64,000 nt of DNA from Octopus vulgaris (taxonomy: Eukaryota). The translations under genes were made by a program, and so were the position numbers. Every line of letters starts with the position of its first letter. The first letter of the stretch is position 1. This document shows positions 27,642 through 42,279 of this stretch, one piece after another. The notes under the pieces are model-generated. The model ran no database searches. It was not told the DNA's origin and saw nothing but the letters and a program-made list of their open reading frames with translations. The stretch is from contig OX597822.1 of the NCBI GenBank assembly GCA_951406725.2, positions 11,222,001 through 11,286,000 on the forward strand, read 5' to 3'.

Positions 27642-28949
27642 GCTGCTATTATATATGTAATTATCTCTCTCTCTCTATATATATATACATATACGTACGT
27701 ATACATCTATACATTTATAACTGTGTGCGGGTGTGCGTGTGGGCTTGTGAGTGTACGCTCATGTATGTGTGTGTGTCTGTGTGTCTTTAACCGTGTCTAC
27801 GTGAACTCAACCTTTCTTTGTTCTGATGTTTGTTGCTTTTTCCTGCTTTCCAATTAACGAAACCAGCATTTCAGCGGAATCCCTGAAATAATCAAAGAGA
27901 TGGTCGGTGTTTTAGGGGATGGGACGACTCTTAATTTGATTAATTCAAATTATAGCTACATAAGCAGACATGTACACACAAAAGCCATGTGCGTGTGCGC
28001 GCGCATGTGTGTATGTGTTTGCGTGTGTATATGTATATAGGTATATATACACACACACACACGCACACACATATATATGTATGTGTGTATATATATATAC
28101 CTTGCAACTTTATGTTGTTATATATACATATATGATTGTAAATACATATATATATATACATATATACATACATATATACGCATAATTATATACATGTGTA
28201 TATGCTCACATACATATATACATACACATACCACACATACATATGTATAGATATATATTTTATATATATTTATCCATACCTGTGAATATATGTAAGCATG
28301 ACTGTTGAATCTGTATGTACATATATATATATGTAGTAGACAAGCACATAGTTGTGTATATACACAAGTATATATGTATACGTGTATAATTTTATAAACA
28401 TACGCTCATACGCATAAAATTACACACACGCACACATCTGTTTATCTACAAACAGACAATTATATATATACATATATATACATGTTAGCCTGTGATTGTG
28501 TAAATGTATGGAGCTGTGAAAAGAAGTCACATTAAGACATACGCATGCACAGAAACCAACTTACACGATATATACACATACACAAACACATACATATTCG
28601 TGAATGAGTACATATATTTACGTGGGAATCGATGTATAAGCATACACGCAAAGCACAATTATCAACATAAACTTATACAGACATGCGCAGACATGGACCT
28701 ACAAACGAGAAGAAGACATACTTTACACTTGGCAACTCAGCATCTAGCAATCACGTGATTCACTGAACTGATCGAAGAAGCAGAAACTACATCACAGTTC
28801 ATTGATTATTCAGGTTATTGCAGCTCAGACATGACAGGTTCTAGATCTCCGTCTCTCGTAGAGAAGTCGTGGTGCATAAAACTTACCCAGGGCTAAAGAT
28901 AACAGAATAAAAAAAAAACTCCAATTATTATAACAGAAATTAAGCATGA

Positions 28950-29083
28950 TTGTTTATTAAGACGTTTGCTTCCCAAACACGGTTCCGGCCTCAGTCGCAA
29001 TGCCTGGCAATTGGGTGTCTTCAACTTTAACCCCTTGCTGACCAAAGTGATTAGATTCAGAAGACAGAAGTCTGAAAGAACCC
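28950..29083 (+). mobile_element. SINE family B 5' half (diverged)
   Basis: ttgcttcccaaacacggttccgg..gtgtcttcaact..ctgaaagaaccc. Confidence 0.6.
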
Positions 29084-29181
<98 letters not shown>

Positions 29182-29219
29182 ATATATATATATCTATCTA
29201 TCTTTCTATCTATCTATCT

Positions 29220-30369
29220 GACGGTGAACGTTTGTAAGGCACGCATTCCCGCAGCTCTTCTCCATGACAGAACTGCAGTCGTGGATCAAAAAGAGGCCGA
29301 GGAAGGGCGAATGGCACCGCGAGTGTCGCGTTGCTCTCAAGCAACTATGCCGTCTCGGGTCGACCTTGAGTGACTTCAACACAACCCAAGCATTCTATAA
29401 GGGATTAGTGGAGAGGAGGTACGACGACGATCTTGGGGCAAACATGGGCGTCGACGAGAAATACCTGACCCGCCTGTTTAGACGACTTTCGTGCTGGGAC
29501 GTATGGACAACTTCCAGAGATCCCTGGCCTGGCAGTGCTACCGAGAAGCGCTACCTGTTCGGGATAAGCTCTACAGACACGGCTCGAGAAACACGGGGCC
29601 GACCTGGCCGAGATGCGGTCAGATCGACGAAACCGTTCTGCACGCAATCGTGCAGTGTACAACAATTTCCAACCTGTGGGCTTATGTCGAACAACTGCTG
29701 TCACGTGTGGGACGAGTCGGTTTATCAGCTGAGTCTATCGTCAATATTGTCACGCCTCCTTCCTTCAAACGGGAAGGAAGAGCTATTTTTATCATACTTG
29801 TGGCTATGGCGAAAGAATGTATCTGGTGGACGCGTCTGAAAGGATAAGAGACAAACACTTTCCTCTCTGGTCAATCTCTCATCAACTTCTTCAAGTATCA
29901 CTTGAAGAGGAAAGTGAGAGTAGAGAGGCAAGTTTTGTCTAGCGAATGTTTTAAAAAAAGATGGGTGAATGTAGCAAGGATGGCACGTATGAATGACGAA
30001 GCCACCTTGACTATGATCCTATGAACGGTAAAAATTTAATACGGAGAGTTACTTATTTGTAAAATGTAACTGCATTGACCGAGGTGGTCTTTTTCGTAGG
30101 CTTTTCTTTCCACGGGTAAACTTCACCTGTCTTCCCCTTTACATTTTATATTGATATTTCTGTGATAACGATCTCTATTGATCGATTTTTTCTTTTTCCT
30201 TTTATTTTTATTCCCCACCTCCTTTTTTGTTGCTTTTGCTTCCTTCTTTCTTTGATTTTACGATCCCTCTTGATCGAAAATCAATCTCACCTTTTTATCC
30301 CTGAAAGAAAAGCTCTACCTTGTAATTTGTCCCGTCTGTGTGCAGCCCTGTGTGGCTAATAAAGAAACA
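29220..30369 (+). mobile_element. Tx1/L1-clade LINE, 5'-truncated 3' end (C-terminal zinc-knuckle region + 3' UTR)
   Basis: LAWQCYREALPVRDKL..WPRCGQIDETVLHAIVQC..LW..AKECIWWTR (zf-RVT-like); stop at ~30023; aataaa end; inserted in (CTAT)n. Confidence 0.85.
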
Positions 30370-30414
30370 TATCTATCTATCTATCTATCAATCCGTCTGT
30401 CTGTCGGTCTGTCG

Positions 30415-30516
<102 letters not shown>

Positions 30517-30540
30517 TTGTCTGTCTGCATGCCTGCTTGC

Positions 30541-30671
<131 letters not shown>

Positions 30672-30811
30672 CGTATAGATAGATGGATAGATAGATAAAT
30701 AGATAGATAGATAAATTGCGAGGATAATCTGGTGCTTGAGTGAGGAAAGAAAACTTCGAATGACCCGTCCTCGTTTTTTTTGTATCGTCTATCTGGTTTT
30801 TTTTGTTGTCT

Positions 30812-30847
<36 letters not shown>

Positions 30848-31217
30848 GCACACACGTACACACACACGTACACACGTACATGGTTCTGGAAGTACATATT
30901 GAGTTATAAATAATAATACGTACATATTGGGTTTAAGAGTGGGAGGCTGCACGTCCGATTGGAACCCACATCTCTTCTAGGCATAATAGGCATTTTACCA
31001 TTGTACCAACGCAATCCTTCGAATTTCCTTATCCATTTCAGAAACTTTATTATTCCTATTGAGAATTACATGCTGCTGCCATAAGAGTTTATAAAGTTGC
31101 GAAAGAACGTGGAGTAATTCACTTTTTCTATTGGTTGCCGAAGAACGTATAAAGCTATAAATAATAGCATCTAAAAAATGTTGGCTAAAAAAAAAAATAT
31201 ACATACATACATACATA

Positions 31218-31560
31218 TACTCTTTTACTCTTTTACTTGTTACAGTCATTTGACTGCGGCCATGCTGGAGCACTACCTTTAGTCGAGCAAATCGACTCCG
31301 GGACTTATTCTTTGTAAGCCCAGTACTTATTCTATCGGTCTCTTTTGCCGAACCGCTAGGTGACGAGGACCTAAACACACCAGCATCGGTTGTCAAGCAA
31401 TGCTAGGGGGACAAACACACACACACACACATACATATGTATATATATACATATATACGACAGGCTTCTTTCAGTTTCCGTCTACCATATCCACTCACAA
31501 GGCATTGGTCGGCCCGGGGCTATAGCAGAAGACAGTTGCCCAAGATGCCACGCAGTGGGA

Positions 31561-31562
<2 letters not shown>
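31218..31562 (-). mobile_element. SINE family B, near full length, with internal microsatellite and CR1-like 3' tail
   Basis: Head/core 31457-31562; body 31218-31415 ending ctccagcatggccgcagtc..aacaagtaaaagagtaaaagagta. Confidence 0.85.
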
Positions 31563-31599
<37 letters not shown>

Positions 31600-32116
31600 T
31601 AATATATAATATATATATATACATATATATATATAATACATATATATGTGCGTGTGCTTGTGTGTATGTGTCTGGAGTGTGTATGGGTGTGTGCATGTAT
31701 TTGTACGTTTGTCAGTGCCTCTCTCTAGAAAGGGAATATGAAGATACCGTTTCATAACACCTTACGTTAATACTTCGAAGTCATATACATACCTGACGCT
31801 GTTGTGTCTTCAGTTAATGCTAATTCTTTTTACATACGGAAGCACATTATGTTATATATATATATATGAACATATAATATATATATCTACAAACATATAT
31901 TTACATATGTATATACATGTATATATATAAATATATATGCATACACATACGTATATATATATGTATACATATATATACTAATGTATATATGTGTATCGAC
32001 ATACATAATATATATACCTATGTATTTACGTATGTATATATATGTATGTATATAAATATATTGTGTGCATAATACATATATATATTCATGCACATACATA
32101 TATATCTATATATGTT

Positions 32117-32162
<46 letters not shown>

Positions 32163-32219
32163 AATATGTGTACATATCTGTTTATACATACATACATACG
32201 TAAACATATATATGTGTAT

Positions 32220-32590
32220 GAAGAGAGTCAAAAAGAAATGTAAGAAATATGGATTGATGGAAGGTAAAGGAAAAATAACTCAATACAAACAAGGTATTTC
32301 ATCATCCCATTCTATCATTGCAGTGAATCTTCTGCTTTGCCGAGTAAAAATATAATGACGTAAAGCAATTAACAGGTAAAATGATTTAATGAACGGAACG
32401 GAGGTGAAGCCTACAGGTTGAAGGGAATGAAAAGGAGTGAAGGCGAAGGAATGAAATACGTTGTGAAAAGGGGGAACTGGGTTTGGTGGTGGGAGGAATG
32501 AGATTATTGAAAGAAATCAGAAATAAATAAGGATTGAGACAAACAGGAGTTAGACGGCCCCAGATAAGTAACGTTTCCATAGTGAACATA
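32220..32590 (-). pseudogene. Possible decayed PLE 3' end
   Basis: [13 protein letters not shown] resembles the GIY-YIG terminal L..L.P.GLN motif; weak. Confidence 0.2.
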
Positions 32591-32664
32591 TATACATAAA
32601 CAGACACATTGTATATGTATATACACATGCATATACAATACCCTCTTATATATATATATATATA

Positions 32665-32740
<76 letters not shown>

Positions 32741-32741
32741 C

Positions 32742-32798
<57 letters not shown>

Positions 32799-32826
32799 CA
32801 CACATATGTATATAACATATAGAAAT

Positions 32827-32863
<37 letters not shown>

Positions 32864-33061
32864 TATTATATTATATATGTATGTATGTATATTTCATTTT
32901 TCAGTCAAACTTTTTTAGATGCTATTATTTATATCTTGGTATATGTATATGTATGCTCACATATATATATGTGTATATTTAGGTGTATACATATATACAT
33001 ACGTACACACACATACATATATACATACATATATATAATATATATATATTTGTATATATGT

Positions 33062-33092
<31 letters not shown>

Positions 33093-33528
33093 CATACATA
33101 CATACATACATGCATACATATATACATACTTACATACATATATATGTATGTATATATGTATGTATATATGTATGTATGTATGTATATATGTATGTATCCT
33201 CATGAAAGGTTGAAGAGATGCGGTTTAATGGATTACGTGGCAGGGAGACAGAGAGAGAGAGAGAGTGAAACAAAGAGAGAGAAAGATGGAGCGAGGAGAA
33301 TGATAGAGAGTAGACAAGAGAGAATAGAAATCTATACCCATAAATATTTTCCCTATCGATGGAATACTGAGAAGCGCTGAATGATGAAGCGATGGACGCG
33401 TAGAGTTGCACTTAGACAAGCCATAAATAAAATGGAGTCAATCGTATCCAGCACCAAGACGACCACCATTATTAATAATAACAACGATAACAACAACCAA
33501 AGCAACAACAACAACAAATAATAATAAC

Positions 33529-33570
<42 letters not shown>

Positions 33571-33631
33571 AATGATGATGATGATGATGATAATAATAAT
33601 AACAATAATAATAATAACCATAATGATGATG

Positions 33632-33697
<66 letters not shown>

Positions 33698-33700
<3 letters not shown>

Positions 33701-34360
33701 TTCACCGACATGACAGAGTTGGAATCTAGATATACTGGAAGCTATGCCAACATTATGGAATAACAACAGAAAAAAGATGGTATGGGCACGCACCAGAAAA
33801 GGTCACAGAAAACGAGAAAGCAACCATACTCTGGGATATGCCGATACACACAGATAGAGAAATTAATGCCAACAGATCATATATAGTTGTCAGAGATCAT
33901 GACAGAGTCGACCTCGGCGGAATTTGAACTCAGAATGCATCAGCGGACGAAATACCACAAAGCATTTCGCCCGGCGTGCTACGGTTTCTGCCAGCTCGCC
34001 GCCTCCAGGATCATTGATATTGCCATACCTGGGGATGTGGGTGATAAAGAAATGAAAAAGACAGAGAAGTACAAGCCCCTAAAAGATGAGATTGCCCAAA
34101 TGTTGGTAATGAAGAAACTGTCACCCCAGTGGTTGCAGGGGTACTAGGATCGGTTTGGTAAATTTGTTGAGGAACTGGGATTGATATGAAGGTAGAACAT
34201 GTTGAAAAACTGCTCTATTGAGGACAGCGATAATTTTGAGACTGCTGCTTGGATGTTAGAGACTCTGTGAGAACTTTTGACAAGGGGTTGTTGCCCGCTC
34301 TTACAGAACTAAACGGAGCAAGCGAAACAGAGAGTTGTGGGAAGTGAAATGGAAATAATA
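33698..34360 (+). mobile_element. Composite R4/Dong-type REL fragments split by a SINE A head (33905-34005, minus strand)
   Basis: 33698-33902 is highly similar to 52838-53044; 34006-34360 encodes IIDIAIPGD..KEMKKTEKYKPL of another family; begins after (TAA)n and ends aataataat. Confidence 0.8.
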
Positions 34361-34699
34361 ATGGTTATAAAAGATGACCATAACACCCCGAACCCAGCAT
34401 TGCAATGACTTGTCTTCACTATCAGAGCGGTTAGTCTAATTTCATGGCGAGCAACTTGAAAATAGTCTATGAATGATAAGCTGTCATGAAGATAAAGACA
34501 GCGTTCAAAAACCTTCTGTCTTCGGTAGCATTATCTATTAATTTTTCGTTTAAATAATAGAATGTATGCAGATATGTTACATTAGATTTGTTTGTAAGTA
34601 TATATACATTCACGCAGCACACATACACACACACACGTAATACTTATATGTATAAATATACATATATATATATATACATATATATATATAAATATACAT

Positions 34700-34748
<49 letters not shown>

Positions 34749-35512
34749 TACATGCATATATATATACATATACACATAAATACACACGCATACATATATA
34801 TATATATATAAATGTATATATGCATGCATAAAGACGTATTTATTATATGATTTTACAGGTATGAGAGATGTTTATAATATATGGATATATTTATATTCAT
34901 GTAAACATGCATATATATACACACATACGTATATATACATATATATATACATATATATATACATATATATACACATATATATATACATAGACATATATAC
35001 ACATACATATATACACATACACACATATATATATATACATACATATATATACACATTAACATATATACGTACACACACACACACATATGTAGCAATATAG
35101 TTCACACGCAGGCACACACAATCTCATGCACACGAGGTGAGTTAAAAGTCAGCGATGAGGTGGAGAAAAAAAAGAATAGAACTCTAGCGAAAAGGCGCGA
35201 AAATACAAGCCACACTACACGTGGCATCGCAACACACCTTACCCGCTAATATTGAAAGACAAGTACAACAACAGCAAAGAGAACAACAACACAACGCAAG
35301 AAGGAAAAAGACAGAGAAATGAGATGAAAGTGAAAGTAGAAAGAAATATTGCAACATAGATTGATTATAGAGGAGAAACTAGGAAATGACGTGGATGAAT
35401 TTGAAGGCAAAGTCGAGGTTGAAACAAGTTGAAAGGACATTGGTGAGGGGCGATATTACTTGGAGAAAGCGTCCATTGATTAGCAGGAAATGTCTGGCGA
35501 TTAGTATTACAA

Positions 35513-36075
<563 letters not shown>

Positions 36076-36444
36076 GTTGTTGTTGTGGTGGTTCTTTTTG
36101 TTGTTGCTTTTATCATTTACAGACATCATCATCATCATCATCTTCATCTTCTTCGTCTTCTTCTTCTTCAACAAAATCTAAAGATATAGTGTCCATAGAC
36201 GTCAACGCACTGATTATTATTGTAATTGTAGTTATTATTATTATTATTATTATTATTATTGTTGTTGTTGTTGTTGTTATTATTATTATTATTATCATTA
36301 TTATTATTATTGTTATTGTCGTTGTACCTGAAGTAGTTGCAGCAGCTTTAAATTGCTGGACGTTCGTTTTATATGAAACACGAAAACGAGTAAAGATTAA
36401 TACCATTTTAGGTTTTGTGCAGAGACCGAATTAGAGAGAGAGAA

Positions 36445-36477
<33 letters not shown>

Positions 36478-36630
36478 AACACACAAAAAGAGAAGGGTTT
36501 GATGGTGAGATATGGAAGGCGATGGGTCAGTAGAGGTGGGTGTGATTTTCATGGTTAGCTTTCTCCTATTTACCTCAGAATTTCAAATGGCAGCCACATA
36601 TACACGTTCTCGTACACACACCCATACATA

Positions 36631-36668
<38 letters not shown>

Positions 36669-36970
36669 GAGTGTGGTTGTGTGAGCGCGTGTTTGTGTGT
36701 GTTTACTTATATGTTTGTGTGTGTGTATATGTATATATATATATATGTTTGTGTGAGTATATATATATTTATATATATATATATTTATATATATATGCGT
36801 ATATACACACATACGCACATAATAGAAAAGAAAATGTTCAGATGAAATCAATAAGCATCTAATAAATGTATACCCTATTATACATTTACATACATACATA
36901 CACACACATATATATATATATATACATCATATATGCTTCAGATACATATACACATATATATACATATACT

Positions 36971-37008
<38 letters not shown>

Positions 37009-37286
37009 AATGCATGTACGTACATGGATATTTATAAAGCACACGCAATATATTCTAACAGACAACAACTTGTCAAACCGACCTCGTTCATATCAACTTA
37101 ATAAGAAAATCATATAAATATTGTATAAATATTGAACCGTTGGTCGTATTGGGAAACGGTACAATAGATTTAGCGCATTCAACTCTATATGCGGAGGCCG
37201 AGCATAGCCTTAACCTTGAGTAATAAAACAAGCAAATTTACATCCATACAAACGCATACATGCATACATAAACACACACACTCACA

Positions 37287-37408
<122 letters not shown>

Positions 37409-37411
37409 TAC

Positions 37412-37493
<82 letters not shown>

Positions 37494-37895
37494 GTATGTA
37501 TAATCTCTCTAAACATGTAGACATAAAATATATAACGATTGAATGTTGTATTAGCTGACGTTGATTAAATGAAAGGAAGAAATACTTGACGTTTCAGATC
37601 TATTTCTCCTTCGTTGCAACGAACAAATAGGAAGAGAGTGAGAGAGGGGGGGAAGAGGGAACGAGGGAGAAGGAGACAGTTAAAAAGTGAAAGAGAGAAA
37701 GAGAGAACGAAAGAAAAAAATTAGGAGTTCATCCACGCACATTTACAAGGCGGTTTATAGTGGTTTTTAGCCCTTTAAATATACACATGCATTAGAATTT
37801 TCTCTGATTTTTCAGATTTTAGTATGCTAGGCTACTGGTTTTAAATTGATATTAATGAAATTAATATCCAATTTATCTCCCTCATTATTTAAATG

Positions 37896-37944
<49 letters not shown>

Positions 37945-38749
37945 GTAAGAGGGAGAGAGAGAGAGACAGAGAGAGACAGAGTGAGAGAGGGAGAGATTGT
38001 AAGAGAAAGATGTAGTAAAATGTGCTGAGATTTCAGTCGAGTTGGATACTTGCTTAAGAACTTCGTAAGTCTATCACCATATACATTTACATATATACAC
38101 ACGGCGGGTGCGCGTGTATATATTTATTGATTGAATTGTCCGTTAGAAAATAGTTGGCGTGTGATTGATTGCCTTTATGTGTCACAATCAGATACTCATT
38201 TGCATGTGGGTAACATTTGAATTATAATGTCCGTGTGTGTATATTAAAAGAGTAAAGTTTTAAAAAGCCTAAGTTGAAAATTTCAAACTGCATGATTGAA
38301 AAGTTTGAAGAAACATTATAGATTCATGTTCTCTTCGAAGGCGGAACGTAAAGCAAAATCTAAAACGGTAGTGTGTCAGGTGTTAGACTGAGTTCATTAG
38401 CTGACAGGCGGCGTGTTGTTAAATCGGATGTCCTTATTGTACACTGTGAATCTGTCAGCTTATCTCCGATCGGATTTTCTAATGTTATCGTATGATAGAA
38501 ACTTCAAGCCGTACATGAGATTATTTATGGTGCAAGGGAAAGCTTTGAGATAAGGTAGGAGTGATTGCTAGGATCGATTTGGGTAGATGTGTTTGGGTCG
38601 AAGGGCAGAGGTAGAAAAGAATAGTGTTGCATGCAAAAGATCGAGGATAATTGCTTGGGTTGTTAGGATTACCTAAAGCTGAGGCGGTTTATTGTGAGTT
38701 GTAAATCAAGATATATGTAACGCAGTTTGTATATTGCTAGTAAGAGCAA

Positions 38750-39192
38750 TGGAATGGCTATACCCTTATACTGTCGGACAAAATGCTTTGCGCTATTTCT
38801 TCCGTTCGAGTTCATTTCCCGTTGACGTAAGCTTTGACTTTCTTCTCTCCAGAGTTGATAAAATGAAATATCAATCAATTTCTGGCGATGATATTATTGG
38901 CTAACCCTCCCACCCGTCCCCCCATCCTCCGATCAAAACCACAAAATCTTTGCTCTTGTGCCTAAATTAGAAACGATAATATAAGACGGTGAGCTGGCAG
39001 AGTCGTTAGAGCGCCGGAAGCAATACCTTGTGGTATTTTCCTGACTTTTACATTTTGAGTTTAAAATCTTACTGGGGTTAACTTTGCTTCCCTTCCATTT
39101 GGGATCGATAAAACATCAACCAAATACTGGAATCGATGGATTAACTCCCTCCATATATATATCTCAAGTTTGGTGATTAAATTAGAAATAAT
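38750..39192 (+). mobile_element. Two tandem diverged SINE family A copies
   Basis: ggtgagctggcagagtcgttag head at 38988; both end ..aaattagaaa. Confidence 0.7.
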
Positions 39193-39199
39193 TATTTTA

Positions 39200-39540
39200 T
39201 CGATGGCCATAATTGCAACTCTTCTGAAGTCCTTCACTCTCTCGCATGCAATCACCCTCAGTGATTTTTCTTCATTGTTCTCAGCACTGACAGTCTTTTT
39301 CTGTTTTTCTTCACTCAGATCCCTGCCTTTTCAACCCTGGGCTCCAGCAGTTTTCTTCCGGATTTTGTTGCAATGCTGTTCTTGTAATACTGCACTGCCA
39401 TACGCTTGCACGCGCTTTACAGATAGGAACTATTTCTATCCTCCAGTATTTCTCTATATACAATTATTCCTTTATAAGTTCTATACGATCATTAAGTTCT
39501 CCCTTCAACCCTCATTTCTCTCATGAATTCTCGCTCTTTC
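39200..39540 (-). pseudogene. Possible decayed RTE RT fragment
   Basis: IVPICK..KLLE.RVEK..LSEE pattern; weak. Confidence 0.25.
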
Positions 39541-40584
39541 AGAAATATTTTGTTTTTCTAATGAGCAACATATTTTCGTTCACCATTGTAGCTTTTGTAC
39601 ACTAACTACACACATTGCCAATAGACGTACAGTTATTAATGTCTAGACATATATTATTCTAACGATCTCAACGTGATTATTTTCGTATCTATTGCTCCTC
39701 GTCACGGTATATTTTATAGCTGTTAAAACTCACATTAAGTTTTAAGAAGATTTCAAAATTATTTTTTCTTATTCTTTTCGAGTGAATAAACAATTGAGTT
39801 TTAGGAAGAAGTGAAAAAATATCTATAGACTTAAAGAATTTATAAGATTTCTGTCTTTTATGATAGTTTACAGGTGAGGTTTGTTGTAGAAAAGTAATGA
39901 ATAGAAAATATTGCACAAAGGATGGTTTAGGTTGTTGATTAATTGTTTGGTCTTATCTTTAATTTTTAGCAGCAGTCTGAACCAATTCACAGAAAAATAA
40001 AGTTTCTACAGGAGAAATCCAAAATTCGATGGCGAAATGCTTAAATACAAATCGTTTAAACTATGCATAAAGCACGCACAATTTGATATCGAAAGCTATA
40101 ATTAAATGACTCGTCTTTAAAGATGTGTCTTATTAAGTATTAATTACTTTGGTGTCTGTTACTTGTACTCGCATCAATTTCAGGCAACTGGCATTTGTTA
40201 CTCACCAACAGAAAAGATCATTTAATTAATGTTGTTCACAAAATTTCACAAATTTCACAACCACGTGATAAATGACGATGCGATCCGAATCCTCTTACTT
40301 GGTGAAACTAACACGGCTCTAAATTCACATCTTACTATGCACTTGCAAATATGATTTTTCTTTTTTCCAAATAAATACTCAAATCATTGTAACTAACCAC
40401 AAAATAAAACGAAGAAAACGCCCGTAGTATTGAGATATATATGTCTTTGTATATATAAATATCATTACAAACACACTGACTTGTATGTTAGGCATGCATC
40501 ATATAAACTTATATATGTTTGTATTATATTGATGCATACATATGTATACACATACATACACAGTAAGGGAGAGAGAATGTGTGT

Positions 40585-40621
<37 letters not shown>

Positions 40622-41846
40622 TGTGTGTGTGTGTGTTGGAGATAGAAAGAGGTAGTAAAATGTGTAGAGATTGCACTGGAGTTGTATTCTTGCTTAAGAA
40701 CTTCGTAAGTCTATTACGATTTTTACTGAATCTTGAATGATTCTGTTTTATGAAGCGATGGGGAGTAGGATTTGAACCATGAAACACAGACCTGAAATAG
40801 ATACCACAGTACATCTTGACCGATGCTTCAGCGTTTCATCACTTTAATGCCCTGGTCTGCTGCATTTTTCATTGAATTCGAAGAGATGAAAGGCAAATTG
40901 GCCTATACGGAGTTTGAACACACGGCTGGTAAATGCATATTTGAACATTGCAAGCTGGTTTAGGTATCTGAAATAACATAAGTATGCACATAAAGAATGC
41001 GTACTTGCTTACGTATAATATCGAATATAAACCAAACAGATATACGCATGCAAAGTAACATTTTATGAAGTAATTTCTCGCATTAACAGAATAAGTTTTA
41101 TTCACAAAATGGCGGACAAACAAAATTACCAGCCGGAAATAACAAAAGGAAAATGGATTTTACCGAAATTACTTTATTGAGTCAATATTTCTGATACTGC
41201 ATGTCTTAAGTAAAAGGTACGTGTGTATTTCTTCACTACCCCTCGCTCACTACTCGTATAAACAAATGTATATATATATATATATAAATGTATGTATGAA
41301 CACACATTTATATAACGTCTGTAATTTTATGCAGTGAACAAAGTAGAAACCTACTCATTCTCAATAGAAAAGGTCACATATGTGGTCGTTTTATTTAGTC
41401 GAACATTTGTAAGCGTTGCATAAAGTCTCGCGTTGACAAGAAGGAAAACTTCGAAGGGACGGCTAAGAAAATTAACTAATGGCTACATAAGTATTCCAGT
41501 TTGATTGCATGTATGTATATGCATGCATACTCACGTAAATGTATGTGCATATATATATACATATATACATATATATGCATGTATGTAGGTATGCATGTAT
41601 ATATATATATATACACTCATATATATATATATATATTCACACAAAGACATATATGCATATTTATATATTTATATATGTATATACATATAAATATCTATGT
41701 AAATACATACATATGTTTGTGTGTGTGTATATATAGATATACACACATATATATATGCATATACATATATATGCAAATATATGTATATATATATATATAT
41801 ATATGTTAATAAAATAGAACATATGCATATATATAAACATATATAT

Positions 41847-41916
<70 letters not shown>

Positions 41917-42279
41917 CACATATATGCATGTATATATATAAATATACCTATGTACATATGTGAGTACCAATTATGTAGATACGTACATAGGAGCGCATTA
42001 CACACATGTATTCTGAATGTGTGGCTATCTCTCTCTTTCTGTCTATCTGTTTGTCTGTCTCTCTCTCTCTCTCTCCTCTTTCTCTCTTTCTGTGTGTGCG
42101 TGTGTGTAGGCTTGTTGCTACGAATGATTCATAAAATCATCAACGGAAAAGAAGTTCGTCCCACAAAACCAACCGCTGCCTTTACTCCGTATCGGTTCTT
42201 GAAATATAAAATAAAAATTCAGTAAAAAAAAAAATAAAAGAAATAGAAAGAAAAAAAATAAAGAAGAAACGAAAAAATA

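Noticed and set aside
28770-28802. CTGATCGA..GAAA within a short inverted repeat
   Set aside because: Stem II cannot pair and core spacing is wrong
38450-38740. Possible decayed PLE RT thumb on minus strand
   Set aside because: Similarity too weak to support by eye
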